This document shows positions 9,201 to 19,500 of a stretch of DNA of 64,000 nt, piece by piece. Each line of letters starts with the position of its first letter. Within the stretch, counting starts at the first letter, position 1. Origin of the DNA: Candidatus Izemoplasmatales bacterium (GTDB lineage: Bacteria; Bacillota_I; Bacilli_A; Izemoplasmatales; Hujiaoplasmataceae); the NCBI GenBank assembly GCA_050177605.1, contig JBFXGX010000001.1:124349-188348 (forward strand), in the 5' to 3' direction. A program made the position numbers and the translations under genes. The notes under the pieces are model-generated. The model saw nothing but the letters and a program-made list of their open reading frames with translations, searched no databases and was not told where the DNA came from.

Positions 9201-10229
9201 TTATTTTTCTTCCTTTTTCATTCTTAATTGACCACATGCAGCGTCAATATCTGAACCTTGTTCTTTACGTAGAGTCGCAACAATACCTCGTTTTGTTAAT
9301 CGATCGAAAAATGCCATCGCTCTTCGCATATCGGTTTTTTGATGACTGAATTCATCCACAGTATTGTAAGGAATTAGATTGACATAAGCATTGAGTCCTC
9401 TAAGTAAATCGCTCAGTTGGTCCGCATGTTCAATCGAATCATTTTCATCCTTTAATAAGATGTATTCAAACGTTAATCTTCTTGAGGTTTCTTCAAAATA
9501 GACTTCACAAGCTTTGATGATATCTTTTAATGGATAACGTTTGTTAATTGGCATTAATTTGGTCCGAAGTTCATCATTTGGAGCATGCAGGCTAATCGCT
9601 AGATTTGAACGTATCTCCTCTTTTGCGTACTCATATATTTTTGGCACAATTCCACAAGTAGATACGGTGATATGTCGCTGTCCAATTGCGAGTCCACTAG
9701 CATGATTTACAATCTTAATGAAGTCCATAACATTGTAGTAATTATCAAAAGGTTCACCTGTGCCCATAACGACAATATGACTGATTTTGACTCCTAATAA
9801 ATGCTCGACCGTAGTCACTTGTGTGACAAGTTCAAATTTTTCTAAATTTCTAGTTTTTTTCTTGAGACCAGAAGCGCAAAACGAGCATCCCATGTTGCAT
9901 CCAACTTGAGAAGTAACACATAGACTTAGGCCATAATCATGCGTCATTAAAACTGTTTCAATCATAAAATGGTCGCTTAGTTCAAATAAAAATTTTGTTG
10001 TTCCATCCATCGATGTCTGACGGAAATTTTCAACTAGTTGTGTAGTTTCAAAGTTTTCAGATAAATATTCTTTTAGCGGTTTGCTTAAATTGGACATTTG
10101 CGAAAAATCCAGTTGACGTTTTTGATAAATCCACTGAAATATTTGTGTTGCATTAAATTTTTTAAACCCTGCATGAAGAAGTGTTTCTTCAAGCATAGTT
10201 AAGGTAAAGTCAAAAAGATTTTTCTTCAT
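9201..10229 (-). CDS. rlmN: 23S rRNA A2503/tRNA C2-methyltransferase
   Basis: Radical SAM motif CNMGCSFC, MGTGEP, ISLHA, DIDAACGQL. Confidence 0.95.
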   Translation of the reverse strand: MKKNLFDFTLTMLEETLLHAGFKKFNATQIFQWIYQKRQLDFSQMSNLSKPLKEYLSENFETTQLVENFRQTSMDGTTKFLFELSDHFMIETVLMTHDYGLSLCVTSQVGCNMGCSFCASGLKKKTRNLEKFELVTQVTTVEHLLGVKISHIVVMGTGEPFDNYYNVMDFIKIVNHASGLAIGQRHITVSTCGIVPKIYEYAKEEIRSNLAISLHAPNDELRTKLMPINKRYPLKDIIKACEVYFEETSRRLTFEYILLKDENDSIEHADQLSDLLRGLNAYVNLIPYNTVDEFSHQKTDMRRAMAFFDRLTKRGIVATLRKEQGSDIDAACGQLRMKKEEK

Positions 10230-10236
10230 ATTTCCT

Positions 10237-11085
10237 CTATTCTTTTTCTTTTTTATTTTTAATAACCACTAAGGATAAAATGAAAAATACCACTGCTGTT
10301 CCTAGAAGAACAAGTAAATGTATTGGTGTTGTCAAAATATGACCATTTGATTCAAATTCAACGCCCAAAAATAGTTTAAATTCGGACGGTACTTGATCTA
10401 GAGGCATAGATTCATTCATCATTATTTGCCTTAAAAGAACTGCCGCGTGAGATGGTGGAAAGATTTTCACTACATTTTGTACGGAAGATGGTAATTGTCC
10501 AATCGGCAAGTAAACACCAGTCAAGAAACCTACAAACGTACCCATCGTAATCGAGATTGCCGACATCGCATTCGAACTCTTGATAAACATCATAAAGAAG
10601 AAAATCATCGAGCTACTTGATAGTACACTGAGGATAATTACTCCGAGGACTTTTAAAGCCGAAAGTAATGATAACATATTTCCATGCAATAAGATATAAA
10701 ATTGTGCTAAAACAAACGTGAAAACGCTCATAATGACACCAATCGCCATTGCACTCAATAAATAGGACAAAATGAGAGAACTATTTTTTAAAGGAGAGGC
10801 ATAAAAATCACGAATCGTTTTCTTTTCTTGATCGGTAACCATCATACTATAAGCCCCAAGCGTCGTGGTAACAGAGGATGCAGTGATGACTCCGCCCATA
10901 ATCCAAGTATCAATTAAGAACCGAGCATCATCCCCAGCAAATGCAGAGGCAGATGATTCAATTAAATTACCAAGAAATAGTACATACAATAGAATAATTA
11001 TCAATGCTCCAAGCATCGAGAAGAATACCGTAGCTCGGTCTCTAAAATAAGATTTTAAGTTTCTTTTGATAAGGGCTAATATCAT
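10237..11085 (-). CDS. ABC-2 type exporter permease
   Basis: About 6 TM helices, RNLKSYFRD start; ATGA overlap with the ATPase. Confidence 0.85.
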   Translation of the reverse strand: MILALIKRNLKSYFRDRATVFFSMLGALIIILLYVLFLGNLIESSASAFAGDDARFLIDTWIMGGVITASSVTTTLGAYSMMVTDQEKKTIRDFYASPLKNSSLILSYLLSAMAIGVIMSVFTFVLAQFYILLHGNMLSLLSALKVLGVIILSVLSSSSMIFFFMMFIKSSNAMSAISITMGTFVGFLTGVYLPIGQLPSSVQNVVKIFPPSHAAVLLRQIMMNESMPLDQVPSEFKLFLGVEFESNGHILTTPIHLLVLLGTAVVFFILSLVVIKNKKEKE

Positions 11086-11993
11086 GATCTCATCTCCTCT
11101 CCAGTAATCGTAATGAACGCATCATCTAATGATCCGTTTAATACTTGGAAAGAAATAATTTCTCCTTCAAGTAGTTTTAACAGTGGATAGGCATCAAGCG
11201 TATCACTGAGTGGAATCAAGATGATATCATTTTTTACTTCATATTGTACTTGATCACCTAGAAGCTTAAGGACTTTATCTTGATCCTTAGGATTAATCTC
11301 AAGTCGGTCATGAGAGAAAGTATTTTTAAGTTCTGACGGTGTTCCTTTGGCGACAATTTCACCATGATCAATGACAACAACTTCATCTGCTTCGTTGGCT
11401 TCTTCTAAATAGTGCGTTGTCAAAAAGACGGTCATACCCGTGTTCTTTTGAAGGGATTGAATGGTTGACCAAACATTTTTTCTGGTTTGAGGATCAAGAC
11501 CGGTCGTTGGTTCATCTAAAAATAGAATCTCTGGTTGATGAATCAAAGCTCTAGCAATATCTGCTCTTCGTTTTTGACCCCCAGATAATTTGCCAAATCG
11601 ACGTTTCCTTATTTCATATATATCAGCAATTTCAAGTGCTCTTTTGATTGATTCATTCAGTTCATCATCGTTCATTCCGTAAAGTTTTCCTCTGGTTTGA
11701 AGATTTTCTTCAATCGATAAACGATCATCAAGAACTGAGTTTTGAAATACAATTCCGATCTTTTGACGGATAATTGCATCATCTTTACCAACGTGATTCC
11801 CTAAGATATTAATTTCTCCCTGATCAAATGAAAGCAAGGAACAGACAACATTAATGGTCGTAGATTTTCCTGCACCATTCGGTCCAAGAAAAGCAAATAA
11901 TGTCCCTTGTTTTACTTGAAAGCTAATTCCTTTAACGGCTTGAACTTGTTTATAATTTTTAGTTAAATTAAGCACTTCAATTGCATTTTTCAT
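11082..11993 (-). CDS. ABC exporter ATP-binding protein (DrrA-like)
   Basis: GPNGAGKST, LSGGQ, LDEPTTGLD, TTH. Confidence 0.92.
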   Translation of the reverse strand: MKNAIEVLNLTKNYKQVQAVKGISFQVKQGTLFAFLGPNGAGKSTTINVVCSLLSFDQGEINILGNHVGKDDAIIRQKIGIVFQNSVLDDRLSIEENLQTRGKLYGMNDDELNESIKRALEIADIYEIRKRRFGKLSGGQKRRADIARALIHQPEILFLDEPTTGLDPQTRKNVWSTIQSLQKNTGMTVFLTTHYLEEANEADEVVVIDHGEIVAKGTPSELKNTFSHDRLEINPKDQDKVLKLLGDQVQYEVKNDIILIPLSDTLDAYPLLKLLEGEIISFQVLNGSLDDAFITITGEEMRS

Positions 11994-12070
11994 AGCTGTC
12001 CCCCATATTTCCTTAAATCCATTATATCACACGTGCCGAAGCAGAACGTTAGTAATTTTTTTGTAAAAAA

Positions 12071-12110
12071 ATAAAACGCAACAATCTCCTACTTAAAGGA
12101 ATTGTTGCGT
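12071..12110 (-). terminator. Terminator after pheT
   Basis: ACGCAACAAT...ATTGTTGCGT hairpin followed by a U-tract on the minus strand. Confidence 0.7.
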
Positions 12111-12120
12111 CATAATTCAA

Positions 12121-14490
12121 TTATTGTCTTAAAGAAGCACTAAACTTCTTTTCAAGTGTTTTTAGAACCTTATCTACAGCTTGATCAACTTCTTCTGTCG
12201 ATAGAGTTTTTTCACTATCTTGGAAGATAAGATTATAAGCTACGGACTTATACCCCGCCTCGACATTTCCACCTTTAAACAAATCAAAGAGTGTCACTTG
12301 AATCAATTTTTGAGGGTTTGTTTTCTTTATTTCTTTTGTGAGTTCATCCGCGCTGACTTCATCACTAACTACAAAGGCGATATCTCGACTTACACTAGGA
12401 TATTTAGGAACTGATTTCATTACGACTGATGATTTGCCATATTTCATTAATGACGCAAAATCCAGTTCAAAAACATAAATATTTTTTAGGTCATAGTTCG
12501 ATTCCATCGCTGGATGAAGTTTCCCAATAAATCCAATAACGTCATTTCCGACGCATACTTCAGCGCTTTGACCAGGATGTAAAAACGAAGGTGTTTCCTT
12601 GAAAGGGAGAATGCGATAACTGGATAGATTAAATAATTGTAATACCCCTTCAACCAAACCTTTTAAAGTAAAGAAATCAACCGTTTCTTTTTTCCCTTGC
12701 CATAGTGAAGTTTGATAATGACCAGTGAGTACACCAGATAAAACTTCTCTTTCAAAATCATAACTATAGACTCTACCAAGTTCGAATAGTTTGACTTCAT
12801 CAACTTTTCTTGACTGATTGTAATATACAACATCCAGCATGGATGGTAGTAATGAATGTCTTAAACTACTTTTTTCTTCAGACATAGGATTTTGAAGATG
12901 AATGGTCGAAAGATCTTTTTGATCAAACAATACTGCTTTCTCTTTCGAAACGAGCGTATACGTCACCGTTTCATCTAATCCAACACTTGATAAATAGTTT
13001 CGAACCTTTCTTCTCATTTTTTGAAGTGTGGTTAATCCACCTTCTGTTGGCGTTTTTGGATACGTTGTAGGGATAAAATCATATCCATGAATACGAACGA
13101 TTTCTTCAATTAAATCTTGTGCAGTTTTAATATCTTGACGACGAGAAGGAATCTCTACTTCAAAGTTGTTACCCTCTTTTTTATAATCAAAAGAAAGAGA
13201 ATCAAAGATTTTTTTAATGTCATCTACGGTGTAAGGTGCACCTGTAGTATGAATGATTTTTTCTAAACTAATGGATACAGTCACTTTATCATAATTATGC
13301 ATATCAAAATAAGATACACCTTTTAATGTCTTTCCACCCGCTAAAACTTCTAATAATGAAGCAGCGCGATCACAAGCAAGAATACTTCTTGCAGGATCAA
13401 GACCTCTTTCAAAACGCATCGAAGCTTCACTTCGCAAATCTAATCTTCTAGAAGTAAGTCGAATACGTCGTGAATCAAATGTCGCCGATTCAATCAAGAT
13501 AGATGTTGTCGTAGGTTCAACCTCTGTACTATATCCTCCCATAACGCCTGCCAAAGCAATCGCTTTTTCACCATCTGTAATGACTAAATCATCTTTAACA
13601 AGATTTCTAATCTTCCCATCAAGTGTTTGGATTGTTTCGTTCTCAATGGCATCACGAACAACAATACGATTGGTACAGATGCGATCATAATCAAAGAAAT
13701 GTAGTGGTTGTCCATACTCTAACATCACATAGTTTGAAATATCCACAACATTGTTGATTGGTCTAATACCTGAAGCTATTAATCTAGCTTTTAGCCATGT
13801 TGGACTTTCGGTAATTTTTACATCTTTTACAACACGTGCGTAATAAGATTTACATCCCGCAGTTTCAGTAAATACGGACACTGTATTTTCTTCACTCACT
13901 TCATTAACTTTCACTTTAGGTAAATGTACCTCAGTATTTAAAATTGCTTTGGTATCATAGGCAACACCAATCATACTTAATAAATCACTACGATTCGGTG
14001 TAAGTTCTAAATCCATTACATAATCTTCGAGTGACAGATATTCAAGTGGATTTCCTCCAGGCACTGCTTCATCACTTAACACATGGATACCATCTTCGTT
14101 ATGATATTTCTTCTCTATACCTAATTCTTCTAAAGAACAAATCATTCCATTTGACTCTACACCACGAATTTTGGCTTTTTTAATTTTGAAATTACCTGGT
14201 AACAAGGCACCATCAAGTGCCACGATTACTTTTTGATTCACTTCTACATTCGGCGCACCACAAATAATTTGTAATACATTGGCGCCTGTATTGACTTCAC
14301 AAACATGTAAATGATCACTGTCAGGATGATCGGTACATGTTAAAACGTGTCCAATCACTAAATTAGACGCATCAACTAATTTTTCTAAAGAAGCGACTTC
14401 TGCACTTTTTAAACTAAACGCTTTTTCTAGTTCTTGTGGTTGCACATTCACAGTCGCATATTCTTTTAACCATTCAATAGAAACTTTCAT
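12121..14490 (-). CDS. pheT: Phenylalanine-tRNA ligase beta subunit
   Basis: Start corrected to MKVSIEWLKEY (RBS GGAGG); CGAPNV, TPNRSD, RPINNVVD, RFERG. Confidence 0.97.
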   Translation of the reverse strand: MKVSIEWLKEYATVNVQPQELEKAFSLKSAEVASLEKLVDASNLVIGHVLTCTDHPDSDHLHVCEVNTGANVLQIICGAPNVEVNQKVIVALDGALLPGNFKIKKAKIRGVESNGMICSLEELGIEKKYHNEDGIHVLSDEAVPGGNPLEYLSLEDYVMDLELTPNRSDLLSMIGVAYDTKAILNTEVHLPKVKVNEVSEENTVSVFTETAGCKSYYARVVKDVKITESPTWLKARLIASGIRPINNVVDISNYVMLEYGQPLHFFDYDRICTNRIVVRDAIENETIQTLDGKIRNLVKDDLVITDGEKAIALAGVMGGYSTEVEPTTTSILIESATFDSRRIRLTSRRLDLRSEASMRFERGLDPARSILACDRAASLLEVLAGGKTLKGVSYFDMHNYDKVTVSISLEKIIHTTGAPYTVDDIKKIFDSLSFDYKKEGNNFEVEIPSRRQDIKTAQDLIEEIVRIHGYDFIPTTYPKTPTEGGLTTLQKMRRKVRNYLSSVGLDETVTYTLVSKEKAVLFDQKDLSTIHLQNPMSEEKSSLRHSLLPSMLDVVYYNQSRKVDEVKLFELGRVYSYDFEREVLSGVLTGHYQTSLWQGKKETVDFFTLKGLVEGVLQLFNLSSYRILPFKETPSFLHPGQSAEVCVGNDVIGFIGKLHPAMESNYDLKNIYVFELDFASLMKYGKSSVVMKSVPKYPSVSRDIAFVVSDEVSADELTKEIKKTNPQKLIQVTLFDLFKGGNVEAGYKSVAYNLIFQDSEKTLSTEEVDQAVDKVLKTLEKKFSASLRQ

Positions 14491-14500
14491 ATTGTACCTC

Positions 14501-15535
14501 CTACTTGAATTGGTGATTGAATCGTAAATCATTCGTGTAGAAAGCACGAATATCATCAATACCATGTCTTAAAATTGCAATACGTTCAACGCCCATACCA
14601 AATGCGAAACCTTGATATTGTGTACTATCATATCCGGCCGCTTCTAGCACAGCGTTATTGACCATACCAGCACCAAGAATTTCAATCCAACCTGTGCCTT
14701 TGCACATTGAACATCCAGCACCATTACACTTGTAACAACTTACATCTACTTCAACACTAGGCTCAGTAAATGGGAAATAAGAAGGACGTAAACGAATTTG
14801 ACGTTCTTCACCAAACATTTTTTTGGCAATTGCTAGGAGTGTACCTTTTAAATCCGCAAGGGTTGTGTCTTTATCCACCACAAGTCCTTCAATTTGCATG
14901 AATTGATGACTATGTGTAGGATCATCATCATCACGACGATAGACTTTTCCAGGGCAAATAATCTTTAAAGGTCCATGATTTTCATTTTCTAGTAAACTAC
15001 GTACTTGAACCGGTGAAGTATGAGTACGGAGTAATAATTCTTCAGTGATATAAAAAGAATCTTGCATATCTCTTGCAGGATGTGATTTTGGAAGGTTCAA
15101 CATTTCGAAGTTATACAAGTCTTGTTCAACTTCTGGACCCTCTTTCACAATATAGCCTAATGACACACAAATATCTTCGATTTCTTCAACAACTTGGGTT
15201 AAGATATGTTTACTGCCAGGATTCATTTCTTTTCCTGGTAAGGTAACATCGACAGCTTCTTGTTTTAAGAGAAGATTGATTTTTTCTTGTTCAAGTCTTG
15301 TTTTAGCAACTTCAAAAATATCATTAATTTTTCCTTTTACTTCATTAATCATTTGACCAAATTTCGGTTTTTCCTCATTTGGTAAATCTTTCATTTTCAT
15401 CATGTATTCAGATAAAACGCCTTTTTTTCCTAAATACTCTGCTTTACGATCTTGTAATTCTGCAGAAGTTGTGACTTGTTCAAAAAGATGTTTTGCCTGT
15501 TCAATGACTTTTTCTAAATCTTTAACTATTTCCAT
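14501..15535 (-). CDS. pheS: Phenylalanine-tRNA ligase alpha subunit
   Basis: [35 protein letters not shown]. Confidence 0.98.
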   Translation of the reverse strand: MEIVKDLEKVIEQAKHLFEQVTTSAELQDRKAEYLGKKGVLSEYMMKMKDLPNEEKPKFGQMINEVKGKINDIFEVAKTRLEQEKINLLLKQEAVDVTLPGKEMNPGSKHILTQVVEEIEDICVSLGYIVKEGPEVEQDLYNFEMLNLPKSHPARDMQDSFYITEELLLRTHTSPVQVRSLLENENHGPLKIICPGKVYRRDDDDPTHSHQFMQIEGLVVDKDTTLADLKGTLLAIAKKMFGEERQIRLRPSYFPFTEPSVEVDVSCYKCNGAGCSMCKGTGWIEILGAGMVNNAVLEAAGYDSTQYQGFAFGMGVERIAILRHGIDDIRAFYTNDLRFNHQFK

Positions 15536-15551
15536 ACTATTCTCCTTTCGA

Positions 15552-15772
15552 AAATAAAAAAATCGCCCTCATAGAAAGGGCGATTAACAGTAACCGTGGT
15601 ACCACCTTTGTTCTAGAATATTCTAGCACTTGGGAGCCTTTAACGCTGGCAAGCGGAGAGGATTAGTCTCACTCCAAAGATGAATTCCTTAGGCTATTTT
15701 ATCGATACTTTCACCAATTATATCGTTCTCTTTCTAAAATAAGTTCTAAGTACTAGTTCTTTATCATCGTAT
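15552..15772 (-). ncRNA. T-box riboswitch (Phe, specifier UUC)
   Basis: Minus strand: AGAGA and GGTGAA stem I motifs, GAATTCA specifier loop, AAGGTGGTACCACGG T-box, terminator AATCGCCCT...AGGGCGATTTTTT; promoter TTGTGA-17-TATAAT (extended TG) upstream. Confidence 0.93.
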
Positions 15773-15816
15773 TTAAAGATATTATAGCATCTTCTATTTT
15801 ATTTCACAAGAAAATG

Positions 15817-16515
15817 TTAACGTCTACGTCCTAAAATTGCAAGTAATCTTAATACTTCCAAATAGACCCAAACAATGGTAACCATTAAACCTAGTGAAAG
15901 AATCCAACTGTATTCATTGGATGTTCCTGCTTCAACACAACTATGAATGTTTTCAAAGTCATAAAACAAGAAGAGAACTGACAATATGGCTGAGAAGATT
16001 ACAATAAAGTAAAAGAATGGTCCACTAAATGGCAGAACTAATGATAATAATGACATAATGATGACGGAGATCAGCCCAATCACTAAAAATGAAGCGAATC
16101 TACTTGTCACTTTCACGATGCCAGTACTATATAAAAGCATTGTTACAAACAAGATAACGAGCGTTGTCGTAATCGCTGTAGGGATGATTCCTTCATAAAA
16201 CGTTGCATAAGCTGCAGAAACTGCACCAAGAACATATCCCTCTGCAATCGCATATGTAATCGAAAATACTGGACTTAATTTAACGCTTAGCGTACCAACC
16301 CAAACGCTTATAACTGCAATGATTAGTGCACCGATAAGATATCCTACGTTTAAAACCGAACCTAAATTTGCGTAAGTATATGTCCCAACTGCACCGGCTA
16401 TTAATATTAAAATAGATGTACGAATTGCAACACTCGTGTAAGTGACTGCACTGTCAGATGCATAGGCGTTATTACGCACACTTCTAAATACTGGATTTGA
16501 ACTTCCTATTCTCAT
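15817..16515 (-). CDS. Bax inhibitor-1/YccA family membrane protein
   Basis: SSNPVF start, about 7 TM helices, C-terminal GLMVTIVWVYLEVLRLL. Confidence 0.85.
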   Translation of the reverse strand: MRIGSSNPVFRSVRNNAYASDSAVTYTSVAIRTSILILIAGAVGTYTYANLGSVLNVGYLIGALIIAVISVWVGTLSVKLSPVFSITYAIAEGYVLGAVSAAYATFYEGIIPTAITTTLVILFVTMLLYSTGIVKVTSRFASFLVIGLISVIIMSLLSLVLPFSGPFFYFIVIFSAILSVLFLFYDFENIHSCVEAGTSNEYSWILSLGLMVTIVWVYLEVLRLLAILGRRR

Positions 16516-16594
16516 AATTTAACCTCCTAAATAATATTTATTATACACCAATTATAGTCAAATTGAGTGTCAAAAATGTGATAAGTTTGTAAAA

Positions 16595-19500
16595 TTATAA
16601 ATCGAATAACGATAATTGGTTTTCGTTTATCATTCCTTCAAACGTTCCAAGCCCTTCAAGACGTTCAAAAAGGGTTGTTGATAACTTTGTTCTCGTCTTA
16701 ATATCTTGTTTTGAAATAAATGGTTTTTCATCTCGAGCTTCGATAATTGAAGAAGCAACGTTTGTACCCAAAGAATCAATCACAATAAATGGTAACAACA
16801 GTCCTTGATGGTCTTCCGTAATTGTAAAATCAGTTGCTTCTGATTTCATAATGTCAATCGGTTCAAAACGGAATCCACGTTTGACCATTTCAAGTGCTAT
16901 TTCTAACACTGTGACTAAATTCTTTTCACGTTCAGATGCATCGTTTCCTTTATCATTGATTTCATCTAGTTTTCTTTTAATTCCAACTTCTCCTTCCATA
17001 AAGGCTTCCACATCAAAAATGGATGCTCTTTTAGAAAAATAAGCGGAATAGAAATAGATTGGACGATATAATTTAAACCATGCGATTCTCATCGCCATTA
17101 ATACATAGGCTGTGGCATGGGCTTTTGGAAACATGTATTTAATCTTGCTACAAGCCCAAATATACCATTCAGGCACATTTGATGACCTCATTAAATCAGC
17201 GTATTGAGCCCATTTATCTGGATTTCCAGGAGCTTTTCCTTTACGGACAAATTCCATAATTTCGAATGATAATGTTGGATTCATTCCATAATCAATTAAA
17301 TCCACCATAATATCATCACGACATCCTATGATATCTTTAAAGTCTACTCGACCAAATTCTCTTCTTCTTCCAGTTACCAAGTCTTGAGCATTTCCACTCC
17401 ATACATCAGTACCATGAGAAAGACCCGATATTTTAACAAGTTCTGAGAATGTTCCCGGACGTGAGTCCCTTAGCATCCCCCTAACAAAGTTCGTTCCAAA
17501 TTCTGGAATTCCATAGGAAGCAACATCGGACATAATATCTTCTGGTGATAAACCGATAGCTTCTGTTCCAGAGAGTAATTTATAAACAGCCTTATCGTCT
17601 ACAGGAATGTCTTTTGGATCGGAGAATGGAAAATCGAGTGGTTCCTTTTTAACTAAATCCATTAAATATCTGATCATCGTTGGATCATCATGGCCAAGTA
17701 CATCGAGTTTGAATAAATTACTTTCGAATGAATGATAGTCATAGTGTGTCGTCTTCCAAGTCGTATCCGTAGAGTCTCCAGGATACTGAATCGGTGTGAC
17801 ATCGTAGATTTCTTTAATATTTGGCACAACAACGATTCCACCAGGATGTTGACCACTGGTTCTTTTCGAGCCTTCAATTCCTTTGGCGAGCCTTTCCATT
17901 TCAGCACGTCTAATTGGAATCGATGGTTTCCCCTCGTTTCTGAGTGACTCATTCAATTTTTCATAATAATCCCTTACCATACCATAAGCAGTTTTCGCAG
18001 CGCAGGTTCCAATTGTTCCTGCTCGAAAGGCATAATTATGACCGAATAATTTTCGAATATATTCATGGACTTGTCCTTGATAGTCTCCCGAAAAGTTTAG
18101 ATCAATATCCGGGACTTTATCCCCTTTAAATCCAAGGAAAGTTTCAAATGGAATATCATGTCCATCTTTTTTTAATGGTGTATTACAGATCGGGCAAACT
18201 TCATCTGGTAAGTCCCATCCACAGTCGGTACGATCTAACAATTTTTGATGTACTTGCTCGAATTCACTGGAAGGATATTGTTGTTTTTCTTCTTCCGTTT
18301 TCTTGAATGCAGAAAAATGACATTTTGGACAAACATAATGTGGAGGCAGTGGATTTACTTCGGTAATATCCATAAATGTCGCCACAAGACTGGATCCTAC
18401 GGAACCTCTTGAACCAACTAAATAACCATCATCAAGTGATTTTTTAACGAGAAGATGGGAGATATAATACACAGTTGAGAATTGATGTTTGATAATACTA
18501 TCTAATTCTTTATCTAAACGTTTTTTAACAATAAAAGGCAGAGGATTACCATAGAGCTTGCTAGCGCGTTCTCTCACCATATTTTCAACTTTAACTTTAA
18601 TTGAAGGTACACCTTGTTCTGCTAAAAATTCATCGGTTGGCGCAAAGAGTTCATCTGGAAATAACGGAAAATCATCAATCGAATCGGCAATCAAGTTTGT
18701 ATTTTTTACAACGATTTCATAGGCGAGTTCTTCTCCTAAAAATTGGAACTCTGAAAGCATTTCTTCCGTCGTTTTAAAATATTCACTTGGCTTTTCTGAT
18801 TCACCATATAGTTTATGGAAACCACCACCACCAACAAGTGGTGTATTTATCATGATTTCTCTATAAATCTTATCTTCGGGATCAAGATGATGTGCATCAC
18901 TTGTCGCACAAACGACAATATTTAATTCTTTCGCGACTTCTACAATTCTTTTTATAACATCCTCAATGACATATTTCCAATTTGGCATCTGGTATGCCAT
19001 ATAGGAAAATGTTGAAGGTGGTTGTACTTCAATGAAGTCATAATACTTTGCTGCTTTTTTAAGATCTTCACGTGATTTGTTCATTGCGGTTTCAAAAAAG
19101 TCAGAGTTTCGGCATCCGGTCGACACTAAAATTCCTTTTCGGTACCGATCAAGTTCGGTTTTAATGATTTTTCCATCACGGTCATAATAATCTGTCAAAG
19201 CTAAAGACAGAATTTTATACAAATTCTTTAATCCCTCGTGCTTTTTGACAAGAAGGTTAATATGCTTTGGATAAGGGTATTTATAACTTTCTGAATGTGG
19301 AATAATCTGATTCAGTTCATAAAAACGGGTAACACTATCTTTTTTAAGTTTCTTTAACATATGCAAAAATACTTCAGTCGTTGCCTTCGCATCATTAATT
19401 GCTCGATGGTGATCGGTTAAAGGAACTTTAAGGAATTTACATAAAGCATCGAGTCCATATCTTGAACGTCCAGGATATAAGACTTTTGCCAAAACAAGCG

